Shown here one piece after another: positions 1-12,406 of a DNA stretch of 64,000 nucleotides (its first letter is position 1; the number at the start of each line of letters is the position of its first letter). The stretch lies in NCBI GenBank assembly GCA_051362555.1, contig CM120641.1:14756001-14820000 (forward strand). The letters are read 5' to 3'. The notes beneath the pieces were generated by a model that saw only the letters and a list, made by a program, of their open reading frames with translations, made no database searches and was not told the origin of the DNA. This DNA comes from Lingula anatina. Its lineage: Eukaryota; Animalia; Brachiopoda. A program made the position numbers and the translations under genes.

Positions 1-7
1 TGCTTAC

Positions 8-290
8 TTTCCCTTTTCCTTGCTTCTGGTCATCTTGTAGCCACAAATTAAGTAATCTGCTGCCCTTCCAGAACCCCCAATGATGACCACAGGGGTGTCC
101 TGCTTGACCGCCTCTGCTACAGTCTGAAGTGTGTTGATCCCACCCTCCAGCACCAGTAAGATGATTGGGACAGGGACACCTGAACAGAATGACAGAGTAA
201 TGTAGATACCTATCATTGATATTACCTCTAGTACTACTGGTAGATTGCCATTGTTATAATAAAAGTAAATGTCTGTTCTAATACACATGT

Positions 291-342
<52 letters not shown>

Positions 343-3300
343 ATCTTTACTTGTGTCTCTAATTATGGTAACTTTGATCTGTAATCATTTACAATCAAAA
401 CCACATATCTACAACACTTGGTTGCCCAGCATGAAGGACAAATTCAGACAGAAAATACTGTCAAACTATGACACTAGTCTATACCTTAGTTTCAGTAAAA
501 CAACTTGAAACATCGATATTGCCATCTGTTTTATAGGCTGTATACCAAAAGTAACAGCATTACTGTATTCACTACTCATGCAAATGAAAAAAATCACATA
601 TACAAAGGAGACATGTTTAATAACTGCTGCATAAACATTGCTGAAATCCAATGCATAATTACTAGTAAAATGAAACAAACTAAAAGGCAATCACTTACTC
701 TCTGTTATTGAAATGCCAGTCTCCACCTGTTCAGAGATGTACTGCTCCAACTTTGCTCGCAATTTGATTTCTGCTCCATACTTGTTTTCTGTGCCATTAT
801 CCACAAAGATGTAATGTGTATGGTTTGGATCTAGGGCAGCTGTCCCAGCCCCACCATTTCGTAGGTCTTCACTTCTGTACAGTGCTGGGAAACATCCCAT
901 ATTCTAGCAATTAAAAGGTGCATGAGACAGTAAATAACAGAAAATGAGCTTTAACTCAGAGTTACCTCAGACCTTTAAAGTTTAACAATATTAGCCATGT
1001 AAATGGCATTTCTTCTATACATATGACTTGAGATCTGTTTTAATTTTGTTATTCCAAAACCGTTTCAAAATATTGCAAATTTCCTATTAAAAATGTAAAT
1101 CCAATTAATGCATGTACCATAAGTCTTACTTAAGCAATGAAAAGAAACTTTTTCAACACTTCCAAACACCTCCAAATAACTGCTACCTTTTATGTTTGAT
1201 CAAAATATTTGCACTATGTTATTAAGTCCAGAAAAATTGTATAAATCTCCTGAAAATCTCTTCACTAAAATAAGCCTTTCCTGAAGTTCTTCTGTTGCAG
1301 TTCCTCACCTCCTCTCCAACCAAACTTTCCTTGTTGCTGATGATACCCCATGTAGCCACTCCCAGGGCAATAATCTTGCTACTCTCCACATCTGATGCAA
1401 ATGAATGGTCCCTGACCGCTTCACCCACAAGCTTCATCACACCAGTGTTTGTGCCACCAGATACAACCCACGCACCTGAAGACAGAGAATATGATACACT
1501 GTCAGCTCATGAAAGATTAGGATAAACTTAAAAAACATACAAACATTTTATGAATATTGCACTGCTTTTTTGTATTTTCTATATAGGGAAGAAGGGTCTT
1601 TCAATCATATCTAATGTCATTGTCCTAATAGCTACAAATACAGGCCAATTACAGCAGGTGAAACAAAGAGAAGAAAAACTGACATAGGTTATTAGTGATT
1701 ATCTGGTAAATGTCAGTCACTTGTAAGTGTCACATTACATAAAAATTTCCTAAACATGAAAAGAACAAGTTATAGTCTCCAAAATTAAGTTCATATAGGT
1801 CAGTCAAAATTCACCTGTTCCTGTTGCAGCATTTATCAAACCAGTCTTAAATGCATGCAGTAAACGAGGTCTGAGAAAGAACTTCTGTGCACCGCCTGTG
1901 ACAGTGATGATCAATCTTGGAGCTGGCAACTTCCAGTAATCATCGAGCAAATGCCAGAGAGTACTCAGTTCAGTGGTATGGTCTACTCTGATGTACTGGA
2001 AAAGATGTCAACATGTTACAAGTATTATTGGTTAAAAACTTACATGTAAACTGGAACGATAAAGTCATTATAACAAGTAACTTACATAGTTGTACCTCAT
2101 AAAGACTCTTTAGTGCTTCAAAACTTAATTCTAAATAATGCACTACTTTCATTTTCCTACTTTTTTTCACCAAGAATGAAAAACTTACAGGTGCAGGGAC
2201 TTTATTGTCATAGCCAAACCCAGAGAATAAAATCTCTCCAAAGCAGTCTGGAGGGACTTGTTCAGAATGGTTCTCTCCATTCCATTTCTCATCCTTTGTG
2301 TGCTTAGAAATGTCAATTTCTTCATCTACATGCCAAGTTTTACTGCGACCACACTGACACATTCCCTCTGATAATCTGAATACAAAAATTTTTGATTGAC
2401 ATTAATATTTAATCTGTCTATTATTAGAAAAAAAACTTATGTATTTACTTTTTTTTGCAAGTGACTTTACCGCATGCAGGATTTCTGTCTTTGAAAACAT
2501 CAAGCTCAGGGCTGGGATTGACTAATTCTATAAATGAACAAGCATGTCTGAAATTTTAACAGTGTCCAGAAAACTTATAGTTACTTTTACAGTAGCAGAC
2601 ATGAGCCTTGGTTAAAAAATAAACTATGAACATTTACACCAAACCTTGAAGAATCTCAGGAACCATCAGAATTAAATTTTAAAATGCGGAATTCGGCTTT
2701 TCCGCTGAAAAAGCTCATGTTTGAGAAGAATAAAGAAACCAAAATCTCATCCATTTAATTTGCCTCCATAATATCATGAAAATGCCTTTTTTTTTGACTG
2801 ACATTTAAAATACTAACTTTTTGGGATCTGGTATGTAGGCTGAGCATTCTCGGTGGAAAATCTGATTTGAGACATAAGACCTAATTTTTGCCTAAAAAAA
2901 CAAAGATAAATCATATTAAAACATATATGATGAAGAACCCTAATAAAAAAAGATTTCAGTCATGTCTATCCTAGGAAAAGAAACAAACTAATGATCTAAT
3001 GAAAAGCCAATAAAAAGGCTGGTTGGAGATTACGATGATCTTAGCTTTAACAGTACGACTCAACTGCTAAATCAATACTTAATTAATTTTCAATCTTCAC
3101 CTTGTTAAGTGTAAACCTATGCTTGATCTTCATATCTGATTCTCTAGCATCTTTTCGATGAGATTTTGTCAACTGTCTTCCTAATCCAAAGCCCACTGGG
3201 GCCTCCTCATCTTCCACCTTGTCTTCTGTTGACATGATGTAGGTAGATCTACTCTGCATGGATGCCACACTGGCAGTTTTTACATTTTCCCCTTCAAAGG

Positions 3301-4371
3301 CAGGATTATCCACAGTAAAAGTTCCAGTGCTGCCATTGCTATTTTGCTTACTTTCTATGGTAAAAGTCCCAGTGCTTTCACCTGTACCATGTCTTGCATG
3401 CTTTCTTTTGGTTTTTCTTTTCTTGTGTTTTTCCTTCCCTTCATCTACAGTTTGCAGGTTTTGTGCCTCACCTCTCTGTGCATGACTCTTGCCATGTGGA
3501 TGCTTGTGCTTCACATGTTTTGTACTAGAGGACAGAGGTGTTTTACCCAACAGAGGTTCAGTGCCTTTAGATATACGGAATGTACTGTTTAGTGGAATGT
3601 CTTGACCAGCACTGACCCCACCAGTGAAAGTGGCACCTAAAATATATAATCACAACAGAAAAACTAAACATAAGCTAAATTATCATTATTTAAAGCTTAC
3701 TTAACTTCAAACTAGATTCTTTATGATAACAAAACATGCAAACAATATCAGGATCACAAAAAATGATTTGTTGAAGATTTTCCTATTCAGCTACTGTCAA
3801 CAATAAAAGCTGTAAACCAATGGCTCAACAACTTTTTCGCTTACAAAACAGACAAACAGAGAGCTAGGTAGCCAACTATTAGAAATTTAGATGGGCAGAC
3901 AGGAAAATGGACAGACAGTAAAACAGAGATACAGTCAGATACATGTATAAAGAGTAGGCATGCATGTAAACAAGGATAACAATACAGCAATACACAGATA
4001 TTTAAAAATTAAGTGTTGTTCTTGGTTAACAAATGTGATAATCCAATTGCTTTGATTAATTGTACAAAAAATATAAAAAGATAATAAAAATATTATTCTT
4101 CATAACAAAAAAACTAAAAATTCTTTATTAACTCTTTAAACTCTTAACTCTTTAAAAACTCTTTATTAAGCAGACTGATTTCATAGTTACCTTCATTTGG
4201 CACTGGTTTTGGTATTTTGCTGGGAGATTTTGATCGAGGTCTAGGTTCAAGTGAAGGAAGTCTTCGATTGTTTCTAATTTGTCTGTGAGGTGGATCAGCA
4301 TTAATAGGTATGGTGAATGAAGTGCCCCCTGGTGTGGCTTTGGGAGTGAAATATTCCTCATCAGAAGACAT
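8..4371 (-). CDS. TRPM-family cation channel, 5' part (N-terminal MHR/SLOG region); gene continues off the left edge. Exons approx. 4371-4191, 3636-3101, 2891-2818, 2375-2189, 1995-1815, 1475-1309, 903-699, 179-8
   Basis: Spliced translation gives TRPM hallmarks: CQCGR..GEILFSG, WKLPAPRLIITVTGGA, GAWVVSGGTNTGVMKLVGEAVRDH, IALGVATWG, LDPNHTHYIFVDNGT..YGAEIKLRAKLE, VLEGG.NTL..PVVIIGGSGRAAD. GT-AG boundaries are seen at each exon. Subfamily not assignable by eye. Confidence 0.93.
295..338. repeat. (CT)n microsatellite
   Basis: Direct; explains the RERERE/SLSLSL spurious ORFs. Confidence 0.95.
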
Positions 4372-5852
4372 CTTGGTATGGAGCTCTAAATTAAAATATA
4401 AGGTGACATTTCCGTATCATTTTGATCAAATATTCAGTGTTTTTAGCTAATTAACTGAGTACAAAGCAATGAATAGATTGAATTTTAAGGATGATTGTTT
4501 ACCTTGATGATGTGTCATTTTGCCTTCATAAAACATGTCTGCATAAAACATATCTACACTTATAAACTAATATAGGAAAATAAGAAAATTGCTAGCTCTC
4601 TTTCTTTAAAAAATCTCCTTAATAAGTGTCAGAAATGAACATCTTTCTGTTCAATATAAGCCTGCCCAATTATCCTGATATCACTAATGAACAGAAAAAC
4701 TAATGAAGGTTGTGATACTCAGTCCTGTAAATAAGCAGCATCCATATAGCTATTAATATGGTTAGTAAGACTTTGACAAATAATTTTCAAATTATTGGAC
4801 AGTGGCATTACCTGCAATCTCTTAATCACTATGTAAATAAATATTAAAAACTCTGGTTTATAATTTTTTTAAAAGATTTTTTTGGCTGAAATTACCTCAT
4901 TATCTATTTCAAAGTCAATTTTTTTTTTTTTTTTTTTGAAAATTGTTCACCTTGTTCACCAAAATGTTACAAATTTGTTATAAAATTAAAAAAAAAATGG
5001 TTGTATACCCTGTGAGCTTGGTTCATAATATTAACTGCTACATGTAGCTACTCACTGATTAACTTGTCTCTTCAGCTGCTGTGTAGGACAGTCACAATGC
5101 ATCTCATTACATTTCTGTTACTACAGGTAGGTTCTGCTATGCTGCATAACACAATCAATACCAATATGATAAATGTCATGTGGATATATTCCTTATCACT
5201 GACAATATCAGTACATTGTTTTCTACTATATATAAATAAATTACATAAAACCTGTTACTAATGATGGCATGGTATCTTATCAATTCACACTATAATCATC
5301 AAAGCTACTTATAATTTGGTAAGTCCCAGTTACAAATCATTTTTACATTTATTTATAGATTCCTTTGTACATGGGGTAAGATCGATGCATTCTTGATAAT
5401 GATAATAACTCTTTGTTTCAGCCAAAAAATGAATTTTCCTGGAGTAAACAACAATTTTCCCATACTTACCAATGGTTAATGAATCCATTTTTACATTCAA
5501 AGTTTGCCCATTTTTTTTTCTAAAAAATTTGGTTTTTTGTTAAAATCTCTTAAGAGATTTTAACAGAGTATAGCCATCAATGGAGGTCATGTGGTCTAAA
5601 GACAAGCTCAAATATCAGAAAAAATAGCCATAACTGCCGTTTTTGGGGTAAAACAGAATATACTATATTTCTATGAGTTATTCACAATGTTATATTATTG
5701 TGAAATATAGATCTCATACGAAGAGTTATTATCCCTTTAAATTGACAACTGTCACTTGCTGAGTAATGTGCCTACAATATATTGTGTGAGAATAGTAAAA
5801 ACACTAAAAAAATCATTGAAGTTGGAGAGATCTATAGATCTATATATAGATC

Positions 5853-6787
5853 CACGCTCGGCTGTCACCTTGATTGGATAGTAAACGATTGTCGTAAAAT
5901 CGCTAAATGATATTAAAACCGGGTGCATAAACTTGAAAACCACCTACAACAACCTTGGACTACCACATTAATCCAATACAATGCAAAAATAAACTATAAC
6001 AAGTGGTTAAAGCCTTTAAACCGAATGTCGTAAAGTCCCCATATACCTCCATAGAGACAATAAAATAGAATGAGCTTGTGAAACAAGAAAAATCCAGTTC
6101 CAACATAATAATCGAAATAAAATACTGCCGGGCATCGCAGCGGCCTAAAACTTGGCACGCTTACCGCTAATACTGCAGGCTACATCATCCCGTCGCTCGT
6201 TTGTAAATTCCGTGCATGGCATACGCACAATCAAACCGTAAAAAACAAATTCTCGGGGTGTCGTTGGCTAGGTCCACTCAACAATCCAATTCAGGAAATG
6301 ACGTAACCGCAGAGGTCGCATTGTCCAATGGCATGGCTTCTTTTTCGTAATGGTAGGTTAGAGTGGACCTGGCCAACGACACCCCGAGAATTTGTTTTTT
6401 ACGGTTTGATTGTGCGTATGCCATGCACGGAATTTACAAACGAGCGACGGGATGATGTAGCCTGCAGTATTAGCGGTAAGCGTGCCAAGTTTTAGGCCGC
6501 TCCGATGCCCGGCAGTATTTTATTTCGATTATTATGTTGGAACTGGATTTTTCTTGTTTCACAAGCTCATTCTATTTTATTGTCTCTATGGAGGTATATG
6601 GGGACTTTACGACATTCGGTTTGAAGGCTTTAACCACTTGTTATAGTTTATTTTTGCATTGTATTGGATTAATGTGGCAGTCTTAGGTTGTCCTAGGTGG
6701 TTTTCTAGTTTATGCACCGGGTTTTAATATCATTTAGCGATTTTACGACAATCGTTTACTATCCAATCAAGGTGACAGCCGAGCGTG
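5853..6787. mobile_element. Long palindromic (foldback/MITE-like) non-autonomous DNA transposon, copy 1 (935 bp)
   Basis: Termini CACGCTCGGCTGTCACC...GGTGACAGCCGAGCGTG; ~427-bp inverted arms (5853-6279 / 6361-6787); 8-bp TSD TATAGATC at 5845-5852 and 6788-6795; second copy at 44053. Confidence 0.95.
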
Positions 6788-7139
6788 TATAGATCTAGTC
6801 GTTTTGTGACTTTTATAATCGATGCTGTTAACATTTCCATACTGCATTGGCTGTATCACTATTTTATACTTTTTAATTTTATATTCATTATTCCCACTTT
6901 TACACTTACCACATACAATAGTTTCTAGCACAAAATCATATAAAAATCATAAATGATTTAAATTGTGCTAAAATTAGAATGAGCAAGTAGCGAAAGCAGG
7001 TATTTATATTTTTCTAAATCTTAACGCCTCAAAACCATATAATTTTTTATTTAAATGGATTTTACCCACAAAATAAAATCTAATGATATATCTTTAACTT
7101 CTTCTATGAAACGAATATAACGCTACGAGTTCAATTTAC

Positions 7140-7230
7140 ATACCACAGCGAGCACCGCTTAGTTGTTTACAATGCTGCCATTCGTATCACAGGAAGTTAG
7201 CCGAGTCAGGAATTTGGCGCTTATATCATT
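7140..7230 (-). promoter_or_regulatory. Probable non-coding first exon/promoter of the TRPM gene
   Basis: Local CpG enrichment, minus-strand donor-like GTATGT near 7143, ETS-like CAGGAAGT near 7189. The exon bearing the ATG has a splice acceptor just upstream (~4386), which implies an upstream UTR exon. Inference. Confidence 0.4.
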
Positions 7231-7764
7231 TTAAAAACAAGGCTTAGAAAAACAAATCCTAAATAATCATTTTATATTACTACTTTCACATGCAATTTAT
7301 CGTTATCAAATATTTTAAATTTTATACAGCACTTATTTTCTGAAGAGATAAATGCAGTGAAAATATGATCAAATTGATAGAGATTAAGCAGATAAGCTAG
7401 ATAAGCTGATAAGCTGTAGATAAATTTTAGTGCCATCTAGCGTCATTACTTAAAACTAGTGCAGCTAATGGCAGTTTTTCGCCTCTATTCAGCATAAAAA
7501 ATAAAATAAAAAAATGAACGTAATTCAAACCAGAAAATATTAAATGATTCCTTATAGTTTTTTTTTTAATTTAACGCATTTAAACAATTAAAAAAGGTTT
7601 TCACGTTTTCACTTATTCCATGGTAAAATGTACAAAACTTAATCAAGCTACTCTGTGGAAAATAATTAAGAGCCTTTTTTATTGAAGCTATTTGGAAATC
7701 GTGCTGATAGCAATTTTTATCAGCTATGAAAAAATATAATAGTATTGTTTTGTACAAACATGGT

Positions 7765-7928
7765 CAGGCCCGTAGCCAGGGGGGTTCTGGGGTTCGAAAG
7801 AACCACCCCTTTGCTGAGAAAAGGTCCACTTTGGGTAAAATTTGATCTAGGTATATGAAGTTTTGCTGGAAAAAGGTCAACTTTTTCAGAAAAAGAACCC
7901 CCTTTTCAAAACCCTGGCTACGGGCTTG
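7765..7928. mobile_element. 164-bp MITE with CAGG termini and 5-bp TSD
   Basis: TIR CAGGCCCGTAGCCAGG / CCTGGCTACGGGCTTG; TSD ATGGT at 7760-7764 and 7929-7933. Confidence 0.85.
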
Positions 7929-7956
7929 ATGGTAATGGCCTTCAGGTGGAGTCTAA

Positions 7957-8153
7957 GACTGCACTCCCATAGATCCATCTAGATCGACCTAACTCCCTGG
8001 GGGTTCACACTAAATTGATGTCAGCCGAGCGGGCACTGTAGTTAATCACCCCCTTTTAGTAGGCGGGACAGACGCTTAAGCGGCATAGCTGACAGTAATC
8101 TAGTGAGACTCCCCACAGGGATAGATCAATCTAAAATCTGTGGGAATGGGGTC
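7957..8153. mobile_element. PIF/Harbinger(Tourist)-like MITE, copy A
   Basis: Imperfect TIR GACTGCACTCCCATAGAT / ATCTGTGGGAATGGGGTC flanked by TAA; homologous in reverse orientation to 60927-61157. Confidence 0.75.
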
Positions 8154-10436
8154 TAAGACAGCATAAGTTATCCCAGCTCCTTTCTCCACACGCAGACAAA
8201 ATCTCTTGAAGTATACACTCTTTTTTAAAAATGTGAAGACACTTCAAGTTTTACAGTGGCAAAAACTTTAATAAAATTGGTTTTCATTTTACTTATGTAC
8301 GTATTGTTTCGTACTGCATTACATTTCCTGAAGATGTCATTTTTTTTTCTGACAAAAGCAGGCCTACTAGGTTTTTCTTTTCCTGCAATTAACTTTTTTT
8401 TTTCATATTATGACATACACTTGATTTCAATCAAACAGTTTATTGATAAACTGCAATAATCTTACAAAACATGAACAATAACAACAATGGAAATAAAATT
8501 GCTGAGGAAAACACTGATATATAGTTACCACAATAAAGAGAGCACGAACAGTTTATACTAAACTGAGCTTTTCCACCAATTAATAACCATAATATATCAA
8601 CTTGAAAAGCATAATATTGACCTTCTAAAAATCTGAAATTTACTTTGTTAACAAAAAGCTTACAAGAAAATAAAAATGAAAATATATGACAAAGCCAGAG
8701 GCCACGGAGGCACTTCCCTAGAATTTATTTTACTGACAAGGCTGGCACCAGGTCAAAGTTTTGACTGCCCTAGCAAGGAATGGAATGTCACATCATTTTC
8801 CAAACTTTGACTATAACACTACAGTTTTCTCCCATCAAGCAAAATAATCATAACTGAAACTATATAACAAAAATAGGTAAGAATTCCAAAGGCTTTTCCC
8901 ACTTAAAAGAGCATTTTAAATTTGTCTCAAAAAGCAACTACTATAATGTGCCATTGCTAACATTTACTGTAACATAATAACCATTTGTCCCAATGCTTCA
9001 ATTGTCCTTATATAGACTGAGTGTATATATTATGATAAATATACCAGTCTCTTGAATATTATGCTTCCCTAATTGTAGACCCCTTTACGCTTAATATATC
9101 AAGGTGAATATTTTTACACCCTCTTTGGATTTTTTTCATCTAAAAGCACTAATAATTTATGTTTTCTTTTTCAATTTCTGATGTGTTTAAAAACATAAGA
9201 AAAACTAGATGGAAGACCATATGCAACCACTAAAGCATTAGACCATTGCAAATACATAAACACCACCTTATTCTGTATTTTTGTTAACAGCCAATCACTG
9301 TGGCTATCAATGATGCAAATTTCACTTATGACAAATTAGGCAATCTCTTTTCTAATCAAACAATTTATAAATCAAACAGCCAATTACAACAGGTCTACCC
9401 TTCTTTAATTAAGGCTATTTGCAACATAAAGAAATACAACTGAATTAATTTAAGCACTTGTTTGTGCAAAAAATATAGTCCAACTTTTTAGCAAAGAATA
9501 TTTTGAATCATTTATCACATCTGAATAGCATACAAAATATATACAACTGAGCATAGAGCACCATTATCTTTTTTCCTTCATTCCATGGAGTTTGTTTTCA
9601 CTCTTTCAGATGACATCTCATATGATTCTTGTAAATTTTCAAAACGCCATCAATAAAACAACTGAACTGGTATGCAGCTTACAAATATAACCTGTTTCTT
9701 AAAAAAGTACACTATTAAAGCTAAAACTGAATGTTTACCTTCTCTTTTATCTGGTGGTAAAATAGCTTGAATGTACGAAAATAAAAATGTACAAAATTTA
9801 CATTATCTACCAGTACTTAGTATATAAAATGTTAGACATATAGATTTTTATGTGCAACTTAATCTTATTTAATTACATACATTCAATATTGGCAGCATCA
9901 ACACTATTGGGAAACTTGTACAAAATCTGCTCATTTTATTTTTAAATAAGATGTGCACATTTTATCAAAAAAATACACCTGTTAGGGAAGAAAGGCATTA
10001 TTGTAAATAAGATTTTTAAAAATAACACATATCGTTGCTGATACAAAGGCATTTACACTTATACAGCAACTTACATCACCAACAGCAGCAATTCTGAAAT
10101 ACTAATAGCTAATCATTATTTTGGATAAATGAGAGTTTTTTATAAAAATATCATTATGTAAATGAACATTAAAGCATGTTACCTTAAACAGTACAATGAC
10201 TTACACATCAGACATCCAACTTTTTTTAACATCAGTTATGGCTAGGCCCTCATTCATTCAGCATTTTCAAGCAGAATTTATAGTGTATTACAACAAACCA
10301 GACAATCTAATAAACATTATTATCTCCCTATACTTAAAAAGACAGGAACACATTTTATGAATATCTCAGCCACATGCTTTGTTTAACATGCTATAAATGA
10401 CACACTGAAATTATCTTGCAAAGACTCCGGGCTTTT

Positions 10437-12362
10437 TTATTTCTTTTCCTCAGCTTGAGCAGTCATGCTATCTCTAATATATCCTGCCACCATAAGAGGA
10501 ATTACCAAGTCATCCATGTTAGGAAGAACAAATACTCTCTAAAAAAAAAGGTATTTTTCAAAATCTTAAATAATGAATAATTTGAGTTGTACCACTAATT
10601 ATTTACTTATTTTTAGGTTGCAATATGAATATTTACCATCTACAAAAAAGAACAGATTCCAATTTTCTTTTACTTTCAATCTGCTTTTCATAGGGTTGTT
10701 TTCAATCAACAACTATAAAAACATCACCCTATGTGTTGTGCTGTGTATGTGTGTGCACAAATGCATGCATGTTTTCTCTTATTATTGAGTGTCATTGTAA
10801 ACTCTTACCTGGAATTCTAATGCCAATTTCTTTTCTATCCATTCAGTCACATGGGTATAACTGACCTCTCTCTCACCCACACGAGGTTTTGCAGTTAGCC
10901 AAAGTCGAGGATTTGTTCTGAACCCATACCTGATAAGAAATGTGGCATGGCGTACATCTTTGAACGTATTTACAATTGCCAAGAATTACCATATAAACTA
11001 TACAAGGGGCAAAATCAAAGACCATCTATTTAACCTAAGATTTAAAACACTGCATACATATACAGCAATGAAATATGGTTACAGTGTGATTTATGTACAA
11101 AATGCACTGTGTGAATTTTTTTATATAAATGAAACAGTGATACCAGTTTAATAACATTCCTTACCACAGTCTATCAGTTGGCGGTGGTGGAATGTTAACA
11201 GACAATGTTCCCACCAAACTTTTCAGTTCCACAGTGAGTATCAGGGGAGTATTAGAGACTCCCTCCATAGCTTTCTTGATGTATTTGTACTCTGTGGCTT
11301 GCTGGAAATACTTAGACTCTGTGATCTTGTCAAGGAAAGCCAGCAACTTTCTGCCCTTAGTTTGGCCCTGGGAATGCTTGGGACTGAAAGAAGAAAAATT
11401 GCAACATGCCCCTTGTTATAATGTCTGATTTTCATGTCATTTTAAAAAGTAAATGTACATCAAGCTACAGCCTAACTCAAAATATTATGGGCACACTCTG
11501 ATAAACACTTCATTACAGGTTAAAAATGGCCTAAGTTACTTAGAAACCATTACAAGGAAAATATTAATGAGAAATGTGTTGCTTTGATGGAGGTCTGCAC
11601 TCTCTGACTGCTCTTCTAGTTTACATATATGTATAATTTATATAATGGTTTCTAGATCTGATTTCAGTGCTAATAAGATAATCTTTAATTTTAAATGCAC
11701 AAGTGGAGCATGCACAAGTGGGGCATGCAGCAGAGACAATGCACAAATGACTGAGCTCCACAAAGAAGCCCCAGACAAGAAAGAAGTCTAAACCATTTCT
11801 TCCAACCTCTGATCAACTGAAGGATCTACAAATGTTTCTTCATCTTCTTCATCAGTGGATGACTCAGCACTGTCTTCTTCATCCTCGTCTGTTATAGCTG
11901 ATCTAGAAATAATTTCAAAGTATATACATTCAGTGTGTTGACAAGTGGTGTACAGTGAATTTCAAACAAGGTTAATACTCAGTACATCTTTCCATATGTT
12001 ATAAGTAATAACCAATATTAATCAACAGCTTACTTTTTTCTCTGCCTCCCCTCATCTGCCTCCTTGTTGACGTGTTTCTTTTTCTTTAGTTTCATCAAAT
12101 TGACCTTAGTTTCTAAAGTCATTCTGAAGTCTCCATTGTAAGCAATGTCTAAATCTATCCATAATCCCCGCTCGTCCAGGTAAGGTTTACTGGCCCGGCG
12201 TATCACAGGCATTTCAGTACCAAGCTCTATGTCAGAGATCACAAGAGCATCAATAAAATATGGAACCTGAAATTGATAAAGAAAACATTACTGTAACAGC
12301 TAATGTATATATATATGCCTCTCCATACATCCTTCTGAATTTTCTTCCCTTTCAATGTAAGC

Positions 12363-12406
<44 letters not shown>

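Noticed and set aside
5350-5740. Possible decayed Helentron-like repeat
   Set aside because: Only vague resemblance; no termini or second copy identifiable.
7376-7425. Cluster of GATAAG motifs near the TRPM promoter
   Set aside because: Looks like a short slippage-derived tandem repeat; no evidence of function.
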